Made by a program: the position numbers and the translations under genes. This document shows, piece after piece, positions 41,419 to 51,320 of a DNA stretch of 64,000 nucleotides. Source of the DNA: Nitrosopumilus sp. (GTDB taxonomy: Archaea; Thermoproteota; Nitrososphaeria; Nitrososphaerales; Nitrosopumilaceae); contig OZ245003.1 in NCBI GenBank assembly GCA_965223425.1, positions 416,001 through 480,000 on the forward strand, given 5' to 3'. The notes beneath the pieces were generated by a model, which was given only the letters and a program-made list of their open reading frames with translations, had not been told where the DNA came from and searched no databases. Position 1 is the first letter of the stretch; the number at the start of each line of letters is the position of its first letter.

Positions 41419-43182
41419 TTAATTCTCCATCGAAGATAATTTAAAATTGGAAAATACTTTGTTGTCAAATTGCATTATTGTATCATTGATTTCTTCTTTT
41501 TTATGAGACCATTTTTCTCCAAGAGCAGAGAATTTATTTTTTAAATCAACTTTGGATGTTGCTGTCATATAGGATTCAAATATTTCTGAAGGCATCTTAC
41601 TGAGCCCATCATCCTCAAATAACAAATCAAGATCACCAATGGTCATTTTAAACAAATTAATTTTATCAAAAAGTAATTTTAGAATGTATTCTTCAATTGT
41701 GCCAATTATGGCTAAATTGTGAATATGTACATCTTCTTCTTGACCAATACGATGAACTCGTCCAACTCTTTGCTCAACTCTCATTGGATTCCAGGGTAAA
41801 TCATAATTGATCACATTACTACAGAATTGAAAATTTTGACCTTCTCCTCCTGCTTCAGTAGAGATCAAAACTTGGATGTCACGTTTAAAATTATTTACTG
41901 CAGTATCTCTTTCAGAAGTGGATAAACTACCATTAAATTTTGTAGTTTGAATTCCGTTATCTTCTAGGGCATCAAAAATATAATTTTGGGTGTCCTTAAA
42001 TTCTGTAAAAATAAGATGTTTAGATTCAGGATTTTCCTTAATTATATTTTCTAGACATTGCATTTTAGAATCAACCCTGATTTTATCAGTCAAGGCTAAA
42101 ATTTCCTCTAATTCAAGCTTGGATTCAGGAAATTGACTAATTTTCTTTTGTATTGCACCTCTTGTAGCTGCCGAACTACTAGAAATCTGTCTCTGTAAAG
42201 TCATTAATGGTAAAATAAAGTGCTTGCCTTCCATTTCTTTTACCCATAGATTTCTCACAAATTCTGTGGATCTATTGTAAAGTTCGACTTCATCCTCTGT
42301 TGTATCAAGCAAATGAGTATGAGGGATTCTATCTGTAAATTGAAGGTATTTTCTAACTTCGCTTCTAGTGGTTCTAATTACTACTTGTTTTAACAAGTTT
42401 TGTAATTCATATCTTTTTGAAGGATCAATTTCACGAAATTGCTTATCTAACGTATATGTTGATGCAAAATTATTCCAAGAACCAAGTATTCCAGGTCTTA
42501 TAATTTCTACCATGTTATACAATTCTTGTATATTATTTTGAATGGGAGTTGCAGATAACAAAAATATGAATTTTTTTGGTAATGTTTTGATAAACTTGTG
42601 AGCTTGTGTAGCAGAGTTTTTTAATCGATGAGCTTCGTCTACAATTACTAAATCCCATTCTATAGAATTTAATTTTTCAGCATTCTTTGGTATTACTGCA
42701 GATGGTAGCGATGAGATTAGCATATTATGTTCATCAAAATTTTTAAATCTATAATCATCTTTGTTAACGATAAAATCTAATTCAAATTTTGATTTTAATT
42801 CTTGTTGCCATTGAGTCCTTAATGACGGAGGAGTCAAAATTAAAGCATTTTTTATCAGGCCAGTTACAAAATATTCTTTTAACAAAATTCCAGCTTCAAT
42901 TGTTTTTCCAAGGCCAACTTCATCTGCTAGCAAAACCCTACCATTAAAATCATTTTTAACTAATTTTGCTGCCATGATTTGATGATCTAAAATTTGGATT
43001 GTAGCATTTAATGATCTTTGAATGGTTAAATCTCGAGTATGTTGACTGTTTATTATTTCATATGCTTTTAAAATATTTGTTAGACTATCAGATTCATCAA
43101 AAATTAATTCTCGTAATTTTTTCTTTACATTATTACGATCTGAATAAATTAACTCAGCAAGGTTATCTTTATTCCAATCCAT
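41419..43182 (-). CDS. SNF2-family helicase/ATPase (YqhH/RapA-like)
   Basis: LLADEVGLGKTIEAG, VDEAH, LSATPIQN, STEAGGEGQNFQ, YDLPWNPMRVEQRVGRVHRIGQ. Confidence 0.95.
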   Translation of the reverse strand: MDWNKDNLAELIYSDRNNVKKKLRELIFDESDSLTNILKAYEIINSQHTRDLTIQRSLNATIQILDHQIMAAKLVKNDFNGRVLLADEVGLGKTIEAGILLKEYFVTGLIKNALILTPPSLRTQWQQELKSKFELDFIVNKDDYRFKNFDEHNMLISSLPSAVIPKNAEKLNSIEWDLVIVDEAHRLKNSATQAHKFIKTLPKKFIFLLSATPIQNNIQELYNMVEIIRPGILGSWNNFASTYTLDKQFREIDPSKRYELQNLLKQVVIRTTRSEVRKYLQFTDRIPHTHLLDTTEDEVELYNRSTEFVRNLWVKEMEGKHFILPLMTLQRQISSSSAATRGAIQKKISQFPESKLELEEILALTDKIRVDSKMQCLENIIKENPESKHLIFTEFKDTQNYIFDALEDNGIQTTKFNGSLSTSERDTAVNNFKRDIQVLISTEAGGEGQNFQFCSNVINYDLPWNPMRVEQRVGRVHRIGQEEDVHIHNLAIIGTIEEYILKLLFDKINLFKMTIGDLDLLFEDDGLSKMPSEIFESYMTATSKVDLKNKFSALGEKWSHKKEEINDTIMQFDNKVFSNFKLSSMEN

Positions 43183-43245
43183 TGTAATTACCTATCGATA
43201 TTCCCCAAGTACTGGACAATGTTCATGAACCCATCTCCCACTTCT

Positions 43246-43325
43246 TAGTTTGTTGCATAACACGCCTAAGCCAGTCAAAAGTTGGGCAAGTTTCGTGCCT
43301 AGGATCCAAGTTATGCAACAAACTA
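43246..43325. mobile_element. 80-bp MITE with 16-bp perfect TIRs and 8-bp TSD
   Basis: TAGTTTGTTGCATAAC...GTTATGCAACAAACTA, flanked by CCACTTCT at 43238-43245 and 43326-43333. Confidence 0.88.
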
Positions 43326-43368
43326 CCACTTCTAGCTTGAATTATTTCATCTTTTGGATACATAAACT

Positions 43369-44497
43369 AGACTTTATGCATAATTGAATCATAAAAATTT
43401 TTCCGAAAGACTTGGATCTATTTTGATCGCCGCAACAGGTAGGAATCTCCAGAACAGACGATACGCAGGCTGCAAAGGGGGCTCAAGCAAAAGGACACAG
43501 CAATCAAGCAGAATAACAGAGCAATCAAGCAAAAGGACACAGCAATCAAGCAGAACAACAGAGGAGCAATCAAGCAGAACAACAGAGGAGCAATCAAGCA
43601 GAGCAACAGAGGAGCAATCAAGCAGAGCAACAGAGCAATCAAGCAAAAGGACACAGAAATCAGCAGGCGCGAGAAGACAGTCGACTCACTCCGCAAGCAG
43701 CTGCTGCTGCGCGAGGACAGTCTGTGGACCGCTACAGATGCAGGCCGTCCTGATACGGACACGTCGCCGTTGCCGCCGCTGCACAGCAGGGTGGTGATCC
43801 GCGGCATACTGCATAGCAGCGCAAAGCTTGCAGGGATTACCGTATGACCTTGACCAGTTTGACTACACCTGCAATGACTTTGTGGCAGAGTCAAGGAAGC
43901 ACGGCGGCGGCGGCGGCGCGCCGCTCTTTTCAGAGGACGAAACACCGGATCCCGGAAACCGCTGCCTGCCTGGCCGCAGGTCCGTCCTGCTGCTTGCGCT
44001 GTTCCGCAAGCGCTCAAACGTGACGCAGGATGCACTGGGAGTGCTGTTTGATGTGGATCAGTCCACCGTGTGCAGGTACCTCCGGTTCGCAGATTCCGTG
44101 CTGGCAGGGATCCTGCCTACTGCAGACAGGATGACCCGTCTGGTAAAAAAGGCCGAGACATCAGAGCAGCTAGAGCAGCTAATGCCGGACAGAACCATCA
44201 TAATTGACGGCACCGAGGTGCCAAGGCAGCGTCCGCAGGACAAGGATAAAAGAAAAAACACGTACTCTGGCAAAAAGAAGCGCTTTACGATTAACACCAC
44301 CATAATAACAAACAGGGCAGGCCTGATACTTGCAGCAGGCAGGTCCTTTGAGGGCGGGACGCACGACCTTACCATGATAAGAGAGGATCCGATAGACTTT
44401 GGCAGGTGGTCTAAATCCATGTACAAAAAGGACACTCCGGAAAAGGACAGGATACGGGTACTTGCAGACAAGGGGTACCAGGGAATTGCCAATCACT
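43369..44497 (+). mobile_element. IS5-family element (type A), frameshifted and 3'-truncated by a second IS
   Basis: Left end AGACTTTATGCATAAT. Transposase motifs LGVLFDVDQSTVCR, IIDGTEVPRQRP, YSGKKK, HDL, LADKGYQG. GC-rich. Confidence 0.85.
43484..43662 (+). repeat. 21/24-bp tandem repeats (GCAATCAAGCA core) inside IS5 type A
   Basis: Repeated AGCAATCAAGCAGAACAACAGAGG and AGCAATCAAGCAAAAGGACAC units. Confidence 0.9.
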
Positions 44498-45568
44498 AGA
44501 TGAGTTGCGCAATTGATTCAGTTTGAGTATAATCTCAATATTTCCTAACAACAAGATCCAAGGCTAAGAAACAACCATTTTCAATTCATGTTCAATCACA
44601 CGAAACTAGCAAAAAGACCAAAACGATTCCTGTCAATAACAGGACTGACTGCTCCGCAATTTGATTCCTTGTCAAAAGAAATACAAAAAAAATACAAAAC
44701 TACAGAAGCAAGACGTCTATCAGAAAAGAAAGGAAAAAGAGACATTGGTGCAGGACACAATTTGATCTACCAATCAAAGACAGAGTTCTGATGCTGTTAA
44801 TGTACTACAGAATGTACACAACACACGATATGTCGGGAATGATATTTGACCTGAACAAATCAAATGTGATGCGAGATATCAGATATTTGGAGCCCGCAGT
44901 AAAACAGTCAATCCCAATTCCCGCCAAAAAGTATGCAGATTCAAAAAAGATCAGCGGCATACAGCAGCTCCAAGAGTTCTTCCCAGAACTAATTGCAATC
45001 ACAGACGGTACGGAGCAGCCAATACCGAGACCAAAAAACAAGCGCAAACGTAAGACACACTATTCAGGCAAAAAGAAAAACCACACAGTACAAAACCAGA
45101 TTACGATAAACCTTGACGGAGTCATAATTCACAAACCTGCACATTCACCCGGATGTCGCCACGGTTACAAAATTTACAAATCAAAACATCCGACACTGTC
45201 TGAAGAGCTGTTAAACTTTTATGACCTTGGATATTTGGGGATTGAAAAGGACTTTCCAAAACAGACCAGCATTTTGCCATACAGAAAAAAGAAAGGAAGA
45301 AAGCTAACTGATTCTCAGAAAGAGTGGAACAAATCTCAAGCTAAAGTTAGAATCAGGATAGAGAGCATGTCATTGCACAAATCAAAAAATTCAGAATCAG
45401 CGCATATACATTTAGGAACAGATTGCGTCGTTATGACACCATTAGCGAGATAGTCTGCGGAATTGTTAATTTCAAGATACGGTGGAAGCAAGAGCTTGCT
45501 GTGATTCCATAAAATCAAAAACTATCGAGTGAAAGATGGGATTTTGATTGTAATTGCGCAACTCATCT
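44498..45568 (+). mobile_element. IS5-family element (type B), copy 1
   Basis: TIR AGATGAGTTGCGCAATT. Split transposase ORFs 44588-44791 and 44791-45453 (DGTEQPIPRP, HYSGKKK, DLGYLG). Near-identical inverted copy at 57087-58156. Confidence 0.93.
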
Positions 45569-45883
45569 GATAATTACACTTGGATTCGACATGGGTAATT
45601 GTTGTACCGCCGCCAAGATGTTTTCCGCCTAGACGAAACACGGTCATTTTATCGGTGTCTTCTATGAGATTTGCACCATGTGCATGATTCCTAAACTCTA
45701 CATATGGGAAGGTTCCCTCTCATGTCTGCTCCCCTCACACTTGTATAATCAATACATTCTCTTATTGGCATGTCGTACTTTTGATATACGGAAATTAGTT
45801 CAATTTCAGAAGGATGTGTCAGGAATTTTATGTCCTGTGGGTGACATTTTTGGGCCAACTGGCAATCAAGGCGATGCCGGCAG

Positions 45884-46120
45884 TCATTTGGCAGGTTTTA
45901 TTGGAACTTGAACCTTGCCCCTTCTTGGTTTGGCCCACGCATCCACGTCTGCCCGTACTTCTGCGGGCAGTTTGTCGTATTCAAAAAGCCCACTTGAAAG
46001 GCCATGTATGATATCGGCAAACTCTAGTTCGTCATTTGAGAGATTTGCGGGCCCGAATGTATTTTTGTACTTTTTCATACACCGTTTATGTGCGTATATG
46101 ATTAATAAAACTTCATGCAT
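45884..46120 (-). CDS. Small hypothetical protein (island cargo)
   Basis: ORF overlapping the end of 46113-46571. Confidence 0.4.
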   Translation of the reverse strand: MHEVLLIIYAHKRCMKKYKNTFGPANLSNDELEFADIIHGLSSGLFEYDKLPAEVRADVDAWAKPRRGKVQVPIKPAK

Positions 46121-46571
46121 GGGGGCTGATTCTTGGTATGAAAGAAACCCTTCCGTCTGGCGTGATCTTCATTATCGATTTTTGGGAATGATGCTGCCTT
46201 AGTATATGTGCATCTTCATCAGTCATTCCGTGGTTCTTGGGATATGATATATCGGTATAAACATAACCCTGATTGTCAATCCAACTGCCAAGGAACGGAT
46301 GCTCGTTTGTCTGCACCTCATCGTATGCCGATTGTAATACATTTGAGAAATCGCCTTGATGGTCGGTCGTCGCAATTACATACAATGGATTTACTCCATC
46401 TGCGTATAGTCTGTAGAGATCCTTCATGTCTGTAGTATTTTTTGCTGCGTAACCCTTCTCGGTAGCAGGATCATACGTGTGACCTCTTAGCGCACTTGTT
46501 GTCGCATCCAGCCATTTGAGATATTTCTTTATGGCAGCATCAAATGGTATCTTCTCTTTACCTGGGAGCAT
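46113..46571 (-). CDS. Hypothetical island protein with GxWxD...YxDxS...QKSI motif
   Basis: 152-aa clean ORF. The motif recalls phage-type SAM-lyase-fold proteins. Confidence 0.55.
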   Translation of the reverse strand: MLPGKEKIPFDAAIKKYLKWLDATTSALRGHTYDPATEKGYAAKNTTDMKDLYRLYADGVNPLYVIATTDHQGDFSNVLQSAYDEVQTNEHPFLGSWIDNQGYVYTDISYPKNHGMTDEDAHILRQHHSQKSIMKITPDGRVSFIPRISPHA

Positions 46572-46926
46572 GTCTCAAATGTATGGTGTTTGGTATATCA
46601 AAGATTCCATTTGTCTCATTTAGAAATATTCCGTCTCACAAATGTCTCATTGCTGTTTGTTGCAGTAGCATGAAGCAAGGCAAAAAAATATGCGATTGCC
46701 GCCCTGCTTCCCAGGTTTATCTCAAAGAAGAACAATACGGGCAAAAACAGCACACATGCAGACTCTATTCCTCCTGTCAGTAGTGTAGCGGCCGGGGGCC
46801 TGAACCTCCCATACGCAAAAGACAGTACGAGGCTGTACTCGTGTCTTGTTATGTAGGATTTGTGCGCAAATGTCACCTTCAGATCCAGTATCATGGATGC
46901 GCACCAGATTCCAGCTATCATACAGT

Positions 46927-47025
46927 AGACCTTATGCGTAATCGACTAAAAATTCAAAATCAAATTGGTTTACTAAGGCAAAAATTATCTCGCAATATTA
47001 GTTTGATCGATTATGCATAAGGTCT
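46927..47025. mobile_element. 99-bp MITE (copy 2, inverted relative to copy 1)
   Basis: AGACCTTATGCGTAATCGA...TCGATTATGCATAAGGTCT, AGT on both flanks. Interior is the near reverse complement of 3101-3199. Confidence 0.9.
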
Positions 47026-47035
47026 AGTAGGAGAT

Positions 47036-47552
47036 ATGATCAATCTCCGGCTTTAAAAGAAAGTATAAAAATAAAATTCCCGCCGAAGATACCGCCAGAG
47101 AACCATGGTATGCCAGTCCACATGCCACATGGCATTGGAGTATTTTCGCTCAAAGCGGACGTACTTGCGCTTCTTTGACTTTGCAGCAGATGGTGCCACC
47201 ATGCCGTTCTTTTTCATTATGCGGTATACTGCGCGGTAGCTTATATCGTGGTTGTCACTCAGTCTTTTTGCAGTGCGCAGGACTCCCACAGGGTCGTCCC
47301 GGTGCGCCTCAGTTACAAGGCGTATCTGGGCAGATGTGGTTGGGACATGCGGCCTGCCCATCTTCATGCGTGTTGTTCTGATTGTCGGAACCTGGCCCAG
47401 CCTTCGCACATGCCTTGCCGTAATGCCAAGATCTCGGGCTATCTGGGATGAAACGACTCCTTTTTTGCGCTGCCTGATTATGTATTGCCGTGATTTTTCT
47501 GTTAGTCTTTTTGTCATGGATTTTTGTGATCGGTACAGCCTGAAATAATCAT
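47036..47552 (-). mobile_element. Internally deleted IS481-like element
   Basis: ORF 47053-47517 has an HTH (SQIARDLGITARHVRR) and RFERKYSNAMWHVDWH, then breaks off. Imperfect inverted ends. Confidence 0.7.
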
Positions 47553-49485
47553 CTATTGTCCTTCTGATCCTAGGCGGACTGACTTTTCGTACAATTGACT
47601 CTTTAGCTCAATGTGGTCAGTTACTTTGAGCAGTGGTGAATTAGGCTCTGGATACGCTCCCAGATCTTTTTTCCAATTCTCCCTGTACTGCCAGAGATAT
47701 TCGCAGGCCTCTGGTGTGATAGATGTCCAGTAACTTTCAGGATCACCGCGATACACCAAAAGGGCAGCACCCTTGAAATTATCATCATCGTCTCTGAAAA
47801 ATATAACATCACGCCACGTAAAATAATCCCATGATTCCAGTCGGAATCCTGCAGAAGAAAACATTGTCAAAATTACCTTGTCTGTAATGCCGCGTGCTGT
47901 GAACATCATTTTTTGAATCTCTTCTCTGGCATATGCCCTATCCTGAGAGTTTACGGGTCTAGAGTGGCGATCATTGAAAATTTCGCCTCAAACACAACGA
48001 GCTAGATACCTGTAGATGTCAAGTTTAATGGAACATGTCCTAAAGTACTCTGACACTGTGTGTTTGAGATCTTCAAGCGTGTCATAGTGTGCTGCCGTGA
48101 TCAGCCTGTACTTGGCCTGCTTCCACAACGCCTCGATGGCACTAAGCTTCGGAGTGGCAACAGGCAGGTAGAGTATCTCGATCTCTCCCTTGTGATCCTC
48201 CAAGTATTTTCTTGCCGCCGCCGTCTTGTGCTGGCCGGCATTGTCCGTTATCAGCAGCACCTTGCCCCACTTGCGGCGGGCCTCTGCCAGGTACCTCACA
48301 AACGTAGGGCCGTCAAACTTGTCATACAGGCGCATCAGTCTGGTGCCGTCATCTGCAAGCGCCCCGTATACGACTGTCTTGTCCCTGCGTCCTGACCTTT
48401 CTATCTCCACGGGATCGCCTATGCGCGACCACAGCCTCTTGCCGTCCTCACCGATCCTTATGAATATCGACTCGTCCTGTATCGCAATCCGGAATCCACG
48501 CCTTTTTGCACGTGAAATGACTGCTGAGGCGTCTTTTTGCCACCGTCGTACCTCGTCGGCGCCTGCACTGTTCCCGTATACTGTCGTGGATGTCTTGCAG
48601 GAGAATCCAAAGACGCGCATTATCCTGCGCATGTTGGACATGCTGTATCTTCTGTTTGTCTTGCGACGTATCTGGTTGCGCAGCTTTCGCGGAGTCGGCG
48701 TGTTCTTTTTGCAAAGCCTGTCGGCCAGCTTTTCTATCAATGCGTACAAGACGTCCGGGCTTTTGCCTCTTCCTGGCGCGTCCCGGAGGCCATCTGCGCC
48801 ATATTTTCTGAACCTGCATACCCACAGCTGGACTGTGCGTTGGTCTACGTTGGCAATATCTGCAAGATCTGCCGTAGAGTGTCCCATGAGGACTCCGCGC
48901 ACTGCCAGCATCCTGTCACGAATCTTGATGTTCTTCTCTGCACGCATGGCCTCCGTCAGTGCCTGTACTTCGTTCACAGCTTGCAGCTGATCTGGTGATC
49001 AATAAGCTTTTCTGTTCAGTCCTGTCTGGAGAGGCGAAATTAATTATAATCGCCACTCTAGGATACAGATGGTATAGACGCTTCCAGTGCAGTGGCACGT
49101 CATTTGTATCCAAGAGTATCTTTATGGGCTTTGTATAGTTGGGAACAGAATTCGGACTAGTCTTGCCTTGGCTTACCCTCCTGTTAAAGTACTTGATGTA
49201 TTCGGCAATAATGTTGGTGCCTGCCTTTGAATCCTTTTCACACAATTTGACAAAGCATTCGGCCTGTGACTCTACGGTCTTGTCAGGTATAGCACACTCC
49301 ATCTTTTTGTACAGATTCAATGGTATCTCTTTGAGGAACCTTGCCAGATTCTTGGTATAATGTCTCTTGGTTTCAGGGTTTTTTATGCCGTCAAGAAAAT
49401 TTTCGTATGGAATGCCTTGGGTGGTTATCTTTTTGAGATCAACATTGAGCATTACGCCCTCAATATTTGAATCAGATTTAAGCAC
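47553..49485 (-). pseudogene. Tyrosine integrase B, interrupted by IS630 and truncated at the IS481-like element
   Basis: Removing the IS630 restores the in-frame sequence HLYPR-PVNSQDRAYAREEIQKMM...SSAGFRL (catalytic Arg box). The gene starts next to the att-like site at 49497. Confidence 0.85.
47962..49058 (-). mobile_element. IS630-family element with apparently intact transposase (47988-48977)
   Basis: TIR GAGTGGCGAT...AATTTCGCCTC with TA duplication. DDE motifs QDES, TDNAGQH, P.LSAIEALW. Confidence 0.93.
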
Positions 49486-49496
49486 CTCATGGTAGA

Positions 49497-49528
49497 TGGG
49501 CCCACGGGAATCGGAGTCCGGGTCGGGT
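49497..49528 (-). repeat. att-like direct repeat of the tRNA-Val 3' end
   Basis: TGGGCCCACGGG (12 bp) is identical to 58910-58921, followed by degenerate similarity. Confidence 0.7.
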
Positions 49529-49685
49529 TCAAGTCCATAATAACGGCAGAAAGTGATTGGAACACTTAGAATATTCCTATCTTAATTTTTTTTGTACTAA
49601 AATGCAAGCAAACAGATTGTATTTTGAATTGTTTTGATCTCTTGTAAGAAATTCATGTCTTAATTCTTTATAATGGACAGTATAA

Positions 49686-50942
49686 TTATCTGATCGGTTT
49701 TGGAAGCTCTTGTCGCTTCCAGCTCTTTCCATGAATCTGTTTCAAAAGTCCATCGTGTTCTTCTTTCGGAAGATCAGCTCCTATTAAGTGTGCTATGAAT
49801 TTAATGGCGTTCTTTTTTGCAGGCATTCCCGCCATGATCTTGCCATTTGATCTGATTAATACATTTGACCAGTACCTTGTACGAGGTCTCCAGTCTATCT
49901 TATTCAATCTCTCTATTAGAACATCTCTGTTTATGCGATCATTTAGTTTGCACGCATGTGCGTATCCGCCAACTAGTGCAAGCTGGCCTATCGGCCGATT
50001 TGACAGATAATCTTTTCTCATTTTTATACGCGTCTCATCCCCCTTTTCTGTTGGATCTTTGAGAGATTTTCGCCACACATCAATTCCAGATATGAGTTTA
50101 GTCCACTCCCTGCTTATCTCCTTCAACCGTTGATCAGTTTCGTGTTCAGGTATATTTTCAGGCTTGGATATGGTGGGGATTTTTGAACTACCTAGAAGAT
50201 GTATGCTGGCATCATAAAATGTAGATATGGTCGTAAACTCGTGTGCTGTTATATTAAGCGCATTTTTATCCAAGCTTACCAAACGTTCAGGAATTATATT
50301 GTTGTGTATCATCCGTCTTACTATGATTGACATGGTATTGTCATCATCAGTAATTAGCTTGTTTGCTTTCGTAGTAGGTTTTGCATATTTGTTTATCTTG
50401 TTGAATATGTATCTGGCCTTTTTCTCTTCAAAACGAACTAGTATTACTGCAACCTTTTCTTTTCCCAGATCGGGATTACTTTGGATGGTTGAAATAGAAT
50501 TGTCTCCGCCACCGTCCCCTTTGACGGCCAACTCAAAAGCCTTAGCTCTATGCTGTCCATCAAGAGGAATCAGAATTGCACTTCTAGACATTATAAAAAA
50601 CCCCATATCTTCAACTGCCTCATCGTATAATTTTGGGATGGAATCATCCGTTCCTACAAATTTACCTAGTGGTTCAAATTCCATCTTTTCATCATTTTTG
50701 ACAGCCAAAACTAAGGATCCTGAGAATCTGTTCGGGTCATTTGCAAAATATGGTGCTATATCACGCTTTATTCGTTTCAAATTGAGTTCTCTTTGAAATT
50801 TTGCGTCGAGTTCAAGATCCTCCCAATTTGGAAGATCTGCAGGAAATACAATTCGGCTGATTAATTCCGCAAGTGGCATAGAGGTAAGAAAGTAATCTGT
50901 ATTTCCAAACCTTGCTCGTAGTGCAGGATATGGGCTAGACAT
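49686..50942 (-). CDS. DndB-like DGQHR-domain protein
   Basis: FQRELNLKRI..DIAPY...FSGSLVL...LDGQHRAKA...FNKINKYAKP. Confidence 0.88.
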   Translation of the reverse strand: MSSPYPALRARFGNTDYFLTSMPLAELISRIVFPADLPNWEDLELDAKFQRELNLKRIKRDIAPYFANDPNRFSGSLVLAVKNDEKMEFEPLGKFVGTDDSIPKLYDEAVEDMGFFIMSRSAILIPLDGQHRAKAFELAVKGDGGGDNSISTIQSNPDLGKEKVAVILVRFEEKKARYIFNKINKYAKPTTKANKLITDDDNTMSIIVRRMIHNNIIPERLVSLDKNALNITAHEFTTISTFYDASIHLLGSSKIPTISKPENIPEHETDQRLKEISREWTKLISGIDVWRKSLKDPTEKGDETRIKMRKDYLSNRPIGQLALVGGYAHACKLNDRINRDVLIERLNKIDWRPRTRYWSNVLIRSNGKIMAGMPAKKNAIKFIAHLIGADLPKEEHDGLLKQIHGKSWKRQELPKPIR

Positions 50943-50989
50943 TGTGATTCCTCACATAGTGTTGTTTGCATTCAAATTGTACAGTCATT

Positions 50990-51316
50990 CTAAATCCCCT
51001 GTGTATTAGCATCGGGATGAAACCTCGATATAATTTCTGATTCAATATTCCTAATTTTGGGCTCCGTACTGTCCACATATACAAAGGATATTTTGATCTC
51101 ATTTGGATATGTTTCAAAATATTGTCTTAGTTGTGGATTAGATTCATCATGACTATGCTGTTCAATGCGTCTTTGCATATTCATACTCATTCCAACATAG
51201 ATACACTTACTGCGTAACCAAAAACTATACAGTCCAGCACTACTGTGTACACCATTATGAAAGTTATAATCAAACGACTGTGTCTCGGATTTAAGACGCA
51301 ATATAATTTCAGACAT
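50990..51316 (-). CDS. GIY-YIG nuclease family protein
   Basis: AGLYSFW....IYVGMSMNMQRRIEQH...ESEIISRFHPDAN. Confidence 0.82.
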   Translation of the reverse strand: MSEIILRLKSETQSFDYNFHNGVHSSAGLYSFWLRSKCIYVGMSMNMQRRIEQHSHDESNPQLRQYFETYPNEIKISFVYVDSTEPKIRNIESEIISRFHPDANTQGI

Positions 51317-51320
51317 TATT

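Noticed and set aside
43484-43662. Repeats that could be mistaken for a CRISPR array
   Set aside because: Units are contiguous with no unique spacers, lie inside an IS, and no cas genes are present.
43384-44035. ORFs 43384-43797 (+), 43389-43646 (-) and 43418-44035 (-) as real genes
   Set aside because: Alternative-frame or antisense read-throughs of a stop-free repeat inside an IS.
48060-48998. Several long overlapping ORFs
   Set aside because: Shadow frames of the GC-rich IS630 transposase.
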